64,000 nt of DNA from Stegostoma tigrinum (lineage: Eukaryota). Every line of letters starts with the position of its first letter. The first letter of the stretch is position 1. Shown in pieces: positions 51,186 through 62,099 of this stretch. Position numbers and translations under genes: made by a program. Location of the stretch: the NCBI RefSeq assembly GCF_030684315.1, contig NC_081365.1:47911205-47975204 (forward strand), read 5' to 3'. The notes under the pieces are model-generated. The model searched no databases. It was given only the letters and a program-made list of their open reading frames with translations, and was not told the DNA's origin.

Positions 51186-54023
51186 GTGCGGCTTTTCCAA
51201 GGATTAAAGCTGTGAGTTCCTGCCAAATGTCATGAGCCATGATCTGAGGGGAATCCCTTATTACTGACAACTCATCCCCGTATGTGCTGAGGTGGACCAA
51301 AAGATTTAGTGAGTGCTTCGAAATATATGCATTATGCCTGCTTCCTGGACAACATGTCCAGGCCTGCATTCTCTGCCTGGCATGATCACAGATGATCTAC
51401 ATGTTAATGGACAGGAAGTTTTCCCTATTCATAAATGCTGCTGGATGGTGACGGGGTGCTCTGAAAACTACATTAGTACAATCAATTGCACCTTGCACTA
51501 AAGAAATCCTGCAATGGCAGCAAAGCCGATGGCTCTGTCTGCCTCACTCTCTGCATCCTAGTGAAGCTGATAAATTGTTGTGTTTTAGCAAAGAAAGTAT
51601 CTTAGTTTATGAGTGGATGCTATGAGATTGCACAGGGATTCCCAATGGCTCCTTGAAATGATCCACGTGAATAGCAATTGAGGATCATTGTCACCTTCAA
51701 GGCAACTAGAATGGGATTGCTTCCTAGGCCATGAGAATTCAAGTACTCATCTAGCAGCTGGCAGATGTAAGTAGTACCTTCCTGGGGCATCCTGAGGTGT
51801 TGTTGACACTGCTATTCTGTCAAAGGCAAATGTCTCTGGTGAAGCCCGTCAGCTTGGTTTGAGACCAATGCTCTCCGTCTATGTGGTGAGAGCCCTCTTG
51901 AACAGGATGTTATGTCCCTGCAGACTGTTCCAAATCCAATGCCAGATCCTGCTGCTGCTCATGTTGTTGCCATTGGAGCAGGAAATGTCTGTGGTTTCTT
52001 CTGAGAAACAAAATGATCAGAAAACTGGCAGGATTGATGTTGCAATTGTGAATTGCTTTCAGGAGATCTGTGGAGACAGTAATGTCATGTTTCTCTCAGG
52101 TTTTCACACTGTTAGCCTGTCTGATCACTCATGAGAAAATCCTTCATTTACTATATTTCCCACCTGGTCCCCTCCCAACCCAGCATGCGTGTGTATGAAA
52201 ACTGCATCCCTTGTGGATTCAAAGTACAGCTCCTTGTGCTGGCAGTGTGCACTGACTTTGTATACTGAGGGCAGCCAGGGCACCTTCCCATAATCAATAG
52301 TCAGCTTTCCTTCAGGGAGTTCAAACCTCTCTAATGTGATCATGGCATCAAGAGCAGATGTCATCACTCCCTCCCCCCCAACTAAATCCCTGTTCTTGCC
52401 ATTTTTCCCTATGTGGAAGTGCAATGCAGCTAGGAAGCTAAAATGTGCTGTCTAATGGGATAGGATGTGATCTGGTTGCAAATCTGGAAAACATTCCACC
52501 CACTCTGAGTGTGTGGTTGCAGCCATTTTTCATTTCCATTGTGCATTGTTACAATTCACATGAGGATGGAAAACAACACAGTTCACATATGGCCCAGTTA
52601 ATTGTAGGGTCAGCCTGGCAATCAAAAGCACACCCTCCCACCAACTTCCCTTTTCCTTTCTTCTTGGCACTCCCCATTGACCCCATCAGGACTGAACTTC
52701 TACATGCTCTTTCACACCTCTTTCATCTTTGCCAGATGCTAGCAGCACCTTTTACCGTACCTTGTTCCTTCCATGCTCTTCTTCCTCTTCTATATCCCCT
52801 GTAAATATACCAGTTTTATTTCGTCCAAACCAATTTGCCATTGCTGTACGGAATGCTCAGGGCATGTTGCAACTGCCTTCTTAGGTGTCACATGCGCCTA
52901 TCAATTATCGCAGTGTCTGGAGTACATTCCCTTCTGATGTGCATTAGCCTTTGTCGCTTCTACCGCCAATGACAGTCTAACCGCTCTCACTAATTCCTTA
53001 ATTCCCATCCTGAGCTGTACATGCCTTCCTCATAAAGTGATGTAGCCCCCCCTTCAACTCCATGTTATCATATAACCATTTCATATCCCAAAAACTTCCT
53101 TACATGTTAGCCCATTGAGTGTAGTATCACATTGTTTGTTAATCTAATTTCTAGTCACCACCACTGCTGAAGATTTGGATGGTCACCACCTATTTGAGAT
53201 TGTACTGTCCACTTATAGATTACCTTGATCAGTAACATCCTCAAACAGAAACTGTCATCAATAATTAATTACTAGCATTTAAATTCACCACACAATTGTT
53301 TGAACTAATGAGTCAGATCCTATGGCCCGCTTTTCCTTAAACTGTTCCAACTTCTCAACACAAAGCACATTTACAGTTTTTAGCTTCTACTGAGTCTTTG
53401 AAGCATCTTTACAATATTCTTAACAAGAATAATCCAACATTTCTATTTGACCCCAGGCACTAACAACTTTGACTATGTTCATCCTTTAAACATTTCAGAT
53501 CTCAAGTCCAGATCCAAATAAGCAAAGCAGTTTCCTTTATATCTGAATTTTGTCTTCTTAAATGTGTTGCCATTTCCCAGAGAAACAACATCTGTCAGTA
53601 TCTTTTCATCCTTTGTGTTTGCTGTAATCTTCACTGACTCCTATAGAAACCCTAGTTGTCTTCGCAGAATGTAATCAGATAGAAGTGTTTAACTTAAGAA
53701 TTAATTCCCGACTAGCATACCTTAAACTAGCTGGTTTTATTCTGAACTTCACCTTCTTACACATTGACCCAACTCTGTAATGAGACTGACTTTTACCTCC
53801 CAGCTGCCCATACAGATGGTTTTGACCTACCCATTCTGCTAGTGGCTCCTGAGAGATCTGCCTGGCATTTTGTCTTTCTTCTCCCACTGTCCTTCCTGCC
53901 AGCATGGTTCTGCCTACTCATCCTGATACTTCCTGTCCTTTCAGTTTCATCCACACCTGTCAGGTACGACTCCTTGCTCTAACTATGGGGAAGTAAATGA
54001 AAACAGATTCATCCAAATGCAGT

Positions 54024-55323
54024 GATAATGGGAACAGCAGATGCTGGAGAATCCAAGATAATAAAATGTGAGGCTGGATGAACACAGCAGGCCAAGCAGC
54101 ATCTCAGGAGCACAAAAGCTGACGTTTCGGGCCTAGACCCTTCATCAGAGAGGGGGATGGGGTGAGGGTTCTGGAATAAATAGAGAGAGAGGGGGAGGTG
54201 GACCGAAGATGGAGAGAAAAGAAGATAGGTGGAGAGAGTATAGGTGGGGAGGTAGGGAGGGGATAGGTCAGTCCAGGGAAGACAGACAGGTCAAGGAGGC
54301 GGGATGAGGTTAGTAGGTAGGAAATGGAGGTGTGGCTTCGGGTGGGAAGAAGGGATGGGTGAGAGGAAGAACCGGTTAGGGAGGCAGAGACAGGTTGGAC
54401 TGGTTTTGGGATGCAGTGCATGGAGGGGAAGAGCTGGGCTGGTTGTGTGGTGCAGTGGGGGGAGGGGACGAACTGGGCTGGTTTTGGGATGTGGTGGGGG
54501 GAGGGGAGATTTTGAAGCTGGTGAAGTCCACATTGATACCATTGGGCTGCAGGGTTCCCAAGCGGCATATAAGTTGCTGTTCCTGCATCCACTGTACCCA
54601 GTGTGGCTTCCTCTACATTGGGGAAACCAAGCGGAGGCTTGGGGACCGCTTTGCAGAACACCTCCGCTCAGTTCGCAATAAACAACTGCACCTCCCAGTC
54701 ACAAACCATTTCCACTCCCCCTCCCATTCTTTAGATGACGTGTCCAGCATGGGCCTCCTGCAGTGCCACAATGATGCCACCCGAAGGTTGCAGGAACAGC
54801 AACTCATATTCCGCTTGGGAACCCTGCAGCCTAATGGTATCAATGTGGACTTCACCAGCTTCAAAATATACCCTTCCCCCACCGCATCCCAAAACCAGCC
54901 CAGTTCGTCCCCTCCCCCCACTGCACCACACAACCAGCCCAGCTCTTCTCCTGCACCCACTGCATCCCAAAACCAGCCCAGACTGTCTCTGCTTCCCTAA
55001 CCGGTTCTTCCTCTCACCCATCCCTTCCTCCCACCCCAAGCTGCACCTCCATTTCCTACCTACTAACCTCATTCCGCCTCCTTGACCTGTCTGTCTTCCC
55101 TGGACTGACCTATCCCCTCCCTACCTCCCCACCTATACTCTCTTCTCCACCTATCTTCTTTTCTCTCCATCTTCAGTCCGCCTCCCCCTCTCTCCCTATT
55201 TATTCCAGCTCCCTCTCCCCATCCCCCTCTCTGATGAAGGGTCTAGGCCCGAAACATCAGCTTTTGTGCTCCTGAGATGCTGCTTGGCCTGTTGTGTTCA
55301 TCCAGCCTCACATTTCATTATCT
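54024..55323. mobile_element. Two-armed inverted PLE insertion (minus arm 54024-54587, plus arm 54583-55323)
   Basis: TSD TTCATCCAAATGCAGT at 54008-54023 and 55324-55339; 5-nt junction microhomology CTGCA; hammerheads at 54121-54148 (-) and 55231-55258 (+, GTC>ATC). Confidence 0.95.
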
Positions 55324-55689
55324 TTCATCCAAATGCAGTTCTGCAAATGTGACACGACCACGTGCAACAACACAAAATGATACTGGACAAACTAACGGAT
55401 CAATTTATGATTGTTTATTTCATATGTACATGTGGAGAGCCAGCTTTATCACCATGACATGCGAGGTTCATGCTTATCGGTTACAAAATACATTCCAGCT
55501 TCTTACAGACCATTGCTCTTCTCTGTCTCACATTACGTTTTGTTTCCCACACTCTTTAGAGGCATCCTCTGCATTTCATTCAAGGCCAGACCTAATTTGC
55601 TGATACTGCACATTTGGCCTGTCTTAGTTTATCTGTGGTTCCCCTTTCCTTTGACAATATGACTGAAAATTTAACTCTTCACTAACTGA

Positions 55690-55884
55690 GATAGTAGGAA
55701 CTGCTGATGCTGGAGGATCTGAGATAACACAGTGTAGAGCTGGATGAACACAGCAGGCCAAGCAGCATCAGAGGAGCAGGAAAGCTGACGTTTTTTTCTG
55801 AAGAAGTGTCTCGACCCGAAACGTCAGCTTTCCTGCTCCTCTGATGCTGCTTGGCCTGCTGTGCTCATCCAACTCTACACCGTA
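55690..55884. mobile_element. Miniature two-armed PLE insertion (second subfamily)
   Basis: 14-bp TSD TCTTCA(C/A)TAACTGA at 55676-55689 and 55885-55898; hammerhead-like core CTGAAGA..GAAACGTC at 55798-55825. Confidence 0.85.
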
Positions 55885-58800
55885 TCTTCAATAACTGAAA
55901 CTGATTCAACCCCTTCGGCTGTCAAATATAATTTGTTTCTCATTGATCTTCAGTGTGTATAACACATGATCAGATGAAATGTGCTAATCTGTTCTGTATT
56001 TGTAATCTTGAAACTGTTTAAAAATCTTATGAATTATAAATTCCACATTTGCCAATTTGTTGATCTATTAAATAGATCTGAAAGCTTACATTCTTCTGGT
56101 GCAGAGATTGAAACTGGTGAATTTGTTGTATTGTTTGACTGTTGACAGGCTATTAAAGTTATTGATATGGATGTTTATAGGAATGAATTTGTTCTCTTTG
56201 TACTTAACTCATTTTGTAATCTTGTTACATTCTAAGCTGATTACAGTTTTAGTTTGTAAATGTTGTTGGTGTAGTACTAACACAGAGAGTTGTTTAAGTT
56301 CCTGCTGCTCCAAATGCTAATTTCAATGTAATGTAGGGTTTTCTGTTACTGATATGGCTTCTTCACAGGGGTGAACTGAAAATAGGTTGCTGACACTGGT
56401 GCATGCGCTATACATTACTTAGATTCGCATTTGGGGTTTTGAATAGAGAGAAGGAGTGAGAATAGTGCATATGATGTGTCCCTGGAGATGGCAGGAGAGT
56501 GGGGGACTAGGCGATGTGGCATAGGACAGAGGGGCAGAATGTGGAGTGAGAGTGAGACAGAGGGGAGAGGGCTTCCACTCCATTCCACGTTCCCCACCCC
56601 CAACCTGGTCCTCACACCCTCTGCTGAACGTTCTTTCAGTATCACGTCATCTCTGCACATTCACTGTGTGGTCATTGTGTGTAATATTATCGAAAATTCG
56701 CACCATGTTATGGGTTTCGAATTGTGTATATGAGCATTTCCAGATTAGCAAATATGAGCAGTTGCAGGCGTCAGTAGATAGTGCCTTGAAAATCTTCCTT
56801 TTCCAAGATTGACAAAGGTTTTTGAGTTGAAATGTTCTCAATCTGACTTCATGCAAATAGATCCCATGATTTTTCTGACTGTATTAAAGATATCTACTGT
56901 AACATCATTGGCATTTATCTTTTCTTTGCAATCTAGGTATTTTTGTGGTGAATTTGATACTACATGATTAGTTTTGCACATTTTTCTTTACCCAAATTTC
57001 TGCCTTCTAACTAATGAAATTGATAACATTTCTTTGTTCTGTAAAACTTCAAATTTGCTATTCAAATGGTGGAAGTAATAAAGACTTCACGAGTTTCACT
57101 GTTAGGGCTTTGAGACATCAATTTGCAATATATATTCCTGATTTTGTTTCCATTTGCCAACAATGTTATTTAATCATGCGCCTGCAGAACTATCTTAAAT
57201 TTGCTTTGTTAAAGTTTCCATTGATTAAATAGTTCGGGAAATTTTTTAACTCAGTGTTAGAAGTCTAAAATATGGGCTCCTCAGCTTAACTCTTTCATAA
57301 AAGTTAACCTTTTATGACCTTTGCCTTAAGTGACTGGATCTGTTATCCTGACCTGGACTGGCCAATATGTAATTCCAGATTCAGAGTAATGTGATTGTCT
57401 CATAACTGCTCTTTGAAATAGCCGTAGCAAGCCACTCTATTCAAGAGGCAGTTAGGGACAGGCAATAATTGCTGGCGCCATCAGAAACACTCTCATCTGA
57501 TGAACAAAGGGGGAAAAGATACTCTTTCATGACTTATAATTTTCTGGTGGTTTGTCTAGAGGGGTTTCCATGCAGAAATAATTCCTTCATGGTGACTGTT
57601 CAGCGTTACGGTTTTTCTGGCTGCTGGATGGTCTTAAACCTGTACCAATGATTTCTTGAGAAGAGTTTTTAAACATTCTTTTCTTCTCCATTGAATTTGG
57701 GTTTTTTTTAAGGCTGGTCCCGGAGAAGGTAGTATCAAGGGCCGTCATCAAGCTGAGCCTTCACTATGTATTGTCATGCATTAATGCTGTGATACATGGT
57801 AATCACACTGGGCTCCGAATTATAACAACTCATTTACCTTCTTCACATGTTTAGATTCAGGTGATCTCAATGTGTCTTTCTGAGAGAGTATTGCAGCTTA
57901 GAGTCCTGTAGTCATCTTCCAGAGTGTTGTGACTGCCCACACAGTGGTATTTATGCTCAGCTCTGTGTAATTCCATGACATCATGATAATTGGGGTCCTA
58001 ATCCACTGACACAACATTATTAGTCAGCATATTAAAATTTGTTCTGTGAAAACAAAGGCCTGGATCATGTGGAGGTAATCATTGTTGTATTAACAGCTCT
58101 TTCCTTGAAAGCAGTGAACAATTTCCAAACTATAATTGTAGAGATGCAATAGCAAACTCACACCTGTCTATTGAATATTTTCATTTCTTATGCTATATAG
58201 TGAAAATCTATGGCGCATACTTACCCGGAGCACTTACAGAAAACAGTTATCTTCAGACGGCTACAAGCGCATCTTTGACAAGTTAGCAACAAAGCGTGCT
58301 GTGAGAAAGACAGACAAATCCAAATTTTAAATATCAATCAACAGCTTTCAATTTATAAGCTATTTACCACATTTCTAAGTTCTAACTGCATCTTGTCTTG
58401 GGACAGTTCCACTATCCATAAACTGGACTCCAGAAACATAATATGTTCTGACACATTTTTGACTGTATTTATGTACAAATAAAGTGGACTTACAGATTTC
58501 TCTTTTAAGGCTATTTAGCTAACAAAACATACAGTAAGAAAGAAAAAAAACTCTAACCACACAAAGCACGAATAAACAAAGTAAGTATTTATCTGTCGCT
58601 TACTTGGAACACACTGCACTCTGTTTTGACTATGCCATCAGTTTCTGAGGTTTTCCCTCTGACTGGTGTCTGCCTCTTTGCTCTGCATAGCGTCTGTTGG
58701 TGCAGTCTTTCACACTGTTTAAACCTGCATTGTAATTAACGGTTTCTATACTCCCTAGAACCTTCAACCCCTTTCTCTTTATCAGACCCAGTCTTGATCA

Positions 58801-60371
58801 TCTCCATTAATAAGGGACGACAAACTTAGTGTTCCCTCTATCATACAGCTTAATCTCCATCGTTACATAAGGTCTGCAATCAGTTGTTGTTCAGGAAGTA
58901 GCCTTTGACATCTTTCTGCATACTATGCTTTCCCTTAGAGTCTAAACAGACCCTGCTATATCCTCTTCTCATGGTTCTCGAAGATGTAACTAGACAGCTA
59001 GACTGACAAGAGACAACTAGGACTAATACAGAACAAAACATCAGTTGGGACTGAGATGACTTTTCAGTCATGGCTAGTTCTGAAACCTTTGACTTCTACA
59101 CATTATATATTCTACCCGCAGGATGATCAAGAGATAGGTCAGTGATGACCTGACATTGGCAGTGATACTAGTTGATCTTACTTCAGTTCTTCTGTTCATC
59201 ACTGTCGCAAGTAGATCAACACTTTGACCCAGATATTCAAATGACAAGAAAGCTGTTGGAACAGATTTGGAATTGTGCATTAGGACCACGTGGAAATCTG
59301 AACACAGCTGCCTGAGGGAGTTGTCCGGAAATTTTAAACACTGATAGGCAAGACCCCAGCATTCAGAACCCCCTGTAAAAGTCCCTTAAAATCTAACTTA
59401 CCAGATCAATTGTTATTTGGGAAATGTTAGAGGATTAAAAACATTCTGTAATCACTGAGTAACTAATAAGTTGAACCCCTAAATACACCCTTCCCCCCTG
59501 ACTCCCAATCCAACAACTCTCTCCCTACCTCCTGACACTTTCCCATTTCCATGCTGCCAACACCCACCCTCTGCCTGACATGGCCACACCATGACCCCCG
59601 TTGGACATAAGCTCCCCCAGATACCTCCAACATGACCTACAATACTCCAAATCAATAGCCAATTCACCTCCTTACTCATTTCGCACCCGACCCTTCATCC
59701 ACCTGTCACCTTTTGCCTGCATACCCATCAGGCACCTTACCTTCCATCTGGCACCCAATGGTCGACTCCCATTTCCTTAACCGCTTCACCCATCTAGTAT
59801 TTAAACACCCTCTAACCCACCACTGCACCTTCCTGTCATTCTTTACTAACCCTCTCACAGGAGCTGTGCTGCTGGTCATTTACATCACAGAACATAGGCT
59901 GCTGCTGGTGGGGGCCTAGTTTTGAAGGTGATCATCTCCACAGTTGGCTGTGAGGATTCCTCAACAAATTGTCCTTGTTTTGTAACAGGAGGCTCCTGTC
60001 CACTAATTTCCAGAGTAGAATTCATTCAATGTATCTGTGTTTTCGCTTGTCTGACCAGGCCTGTAAATAAAGTTTCTGACTCTGACGGAATGTCTGGGCC
60101 TTCGTGTGAAAGAAAGTGCTTATCCTGGGCCAATGTCAAACCACACAATAGTATTGTGAACTGATCTAAGCACAATGTTTTTAACACATATCCTTCTGTG
60201 CACTTTACAGCTTGCTTTAGTAGGTTCTGGATTTGTCAAGGTATGACCATTCATAGATGGTTAAATGGTTTTAATTCACAGTCTGGAGAAAAAAAAAGCA
60301 TACAGCTCAAACTATTGCTTTTAGTAATAATATATAGGATCATGGGATAGGAGTGCTCAGAAAGGGGCTCT

Positions 60372-61305
60372 TCACTCCTTTGCGATTTGCAGCATCTTTG
60401 AATTAGTTTCCAGGAGTTGAGGTGAGATTCTCAATAGGGAACAGTGAGTTGCCTGTAAAGTGGGATTATTGCTTGTTGATCACCTTATTAAATGCATATC
60501 AACCTTATTAATATGCAGCTTCTGATCCGATTACCTATCATGGGCGAACTAAATGCCAAGAGTTCTTGAAATGGAAATCAGAATGTCTACCTCTCTGCTT
60601 TGGTCTGCTATTGGCTGCAAAGAGCTGCCATGTTGGTCACCAGGCAACAGCATCGCAGGGCATAATCCATGGGCATCAGCCACATATAAACCCTCAGAAA
60701 CAGACACTGGCATCTGAGAATAACCAATCCCTCATGATCCTCATTGCACCTCTACGTTTCACTGGTTCTTGTAAAAACTATGCAAATATTCCCATTCTCC
60801 AGCTCTTTCACCATAGCCCTGCAAACATTTCCTACTACATACTTATTGAATATTGTTGGAAAGTAAGCATTGAATCCACAATCGTTTCTGGCAGTCCATT
60901 TCAGATCATAACTTCTCACTGCATTGTTTTATGTTGCTTTGGTTATTTTGTCAAAAAATCTGCAAAAGCCTGTTTCCATTCTGTACAATTCTATTTATTT
61001 ATTCAAATCATGGTATAACTTTGAGTATCTCAATCAACTCTTTCCTTAACTTGCTCTTTACAGCCAATAGAAGACCAAAGCAGAGAGGTAGACATTCTGA
61101 CTTCCATTTCAAGAACTCTTGGCATTTAGTTCACTCATGATGGGTAATCAGATTGGAGGCTGCATATTAATAAAGGTTGATGTGCAGTTAATAAAATAAC
61201 CAAAAAGCAATAATCTCCTTAATAAGCCACTCACTGTTCCCTATTGAGAATCTCACCTCGACTCCTGGAAACAAATTGAAAGATGCAGCAATCATAGAGG
61301 ACTGA
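60372..61305. repeat. Long inverted repeat (arms ~60372-60625 and ~61054-61305), foldback/MITE-like
   Basis: For example GGTGAGATTCTCAATAGGGAACAGTGAG vs CTCACTGTTCCCTATTGAGAATCTCACC, and AACTAAATGCCAAGAGTTCTTGAAATGGAA vs TTCCATTTCAAGAACTCTTGGCATTTAGTT. Confidence 0.85.
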
Positions 61306-61369
61306 CAAAAATTGCCATTTCATCTCTGGTTACACACACACACACTCATTCTCTACCCCCCCCCCACCC

Positions 61370-61376
<7 letters not shown>

Positions 61377-61408
<32 letters not shown>
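61377..61408. repeat. (CT)n microsatellite preceded by C-run and short (CA)n
   Basis: Direct reading. Confidence 0.9.
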
Positions 61409-61409
<1 letters not shown>

Positions 61410-62099
61410 GGCAGTCTCTTGCCATTGTGGATGACTTTCTTCAACTTCAATTTGGTGGGTTCTGAGCAGTCCAATACAGACTCAGCTATCAATGAACAGG
61501 GGCTAGTTTAGCTCGGATGGTTGGATTGCAATACAGAATGATGCCATTAGCGTGGATTTATTTCCCACACTAGCTCAGGTCACCACGGACAACTTTCCTT
61601 CTCAGCTACTACCAGTCATCTCTCTCTAATGAGAGAGCAGCCATAAGTTCCAGTCAAATTATGGTGATTTTACCTTTCAACCACAGAGCTGGGAGTCTGT
61701 TGAAAGGTTGGGGAAATGTCTTATTCTGCAGTTTAAGCATTGCTGCTCTAGTTCCACCTGAAGAGCTTCTCTGGTAAAAGTACTATAAAGATTCATGTGG
61801 GTGAGACATTGAGTTGGACAACCAACACTACTTCTGATAAGGATTTTGATTCACTTGCATCTCCCTAGTTTGCTGCAGAAATCTTCAGCCTTTCTCAGCT
61901 TTTCAAAATTTGCACTTGAAATGACCAGATTTGCCAGAACAGTGTTCATGTGCAACATGGTGTATTGTTTAACCAACTGGAGTGGCTATGCAAATAACTG
62001 ATATTATCGTTGACAGCAAATTCAATTCTAGAGTGATTTCACTGGCAGCAAAACCGGTTTAGCATCATATATAAATGGGCGGGGGGGGGGGGGGGGGGG

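Larger units (their letters stand above)
46570..52300. mobile_element. Decayed PIF/Harbinger DNA transposon with convergent Myb/SANT-like (+, ~46600-47650) and DDE transposase (-, ~48300-48635 and ~51190-52100) remnants
   Basis: Minus frame near 51300-51500 reads VQGAIDCTNVVFRAP..PAAFMNRENFLSINM*IICDH..CPGSRHNAYI (HARBI1-like GAIDCTH..NRK..S.N..PGS.HD); GLLKA..RCL..GAMQY near 48520-48620; plus-strand APLLFDDEMILLVSE resembles the Myb/SANT start. Termini not located. Confidence 0.65.

Noticed and set aside
54104-55000. Chimeric 185-aa and 201-aa ORFs across the centre of the PLE pair
   Set aside because: They are produced by reading through the inversion junction; there is no sign of a gene.
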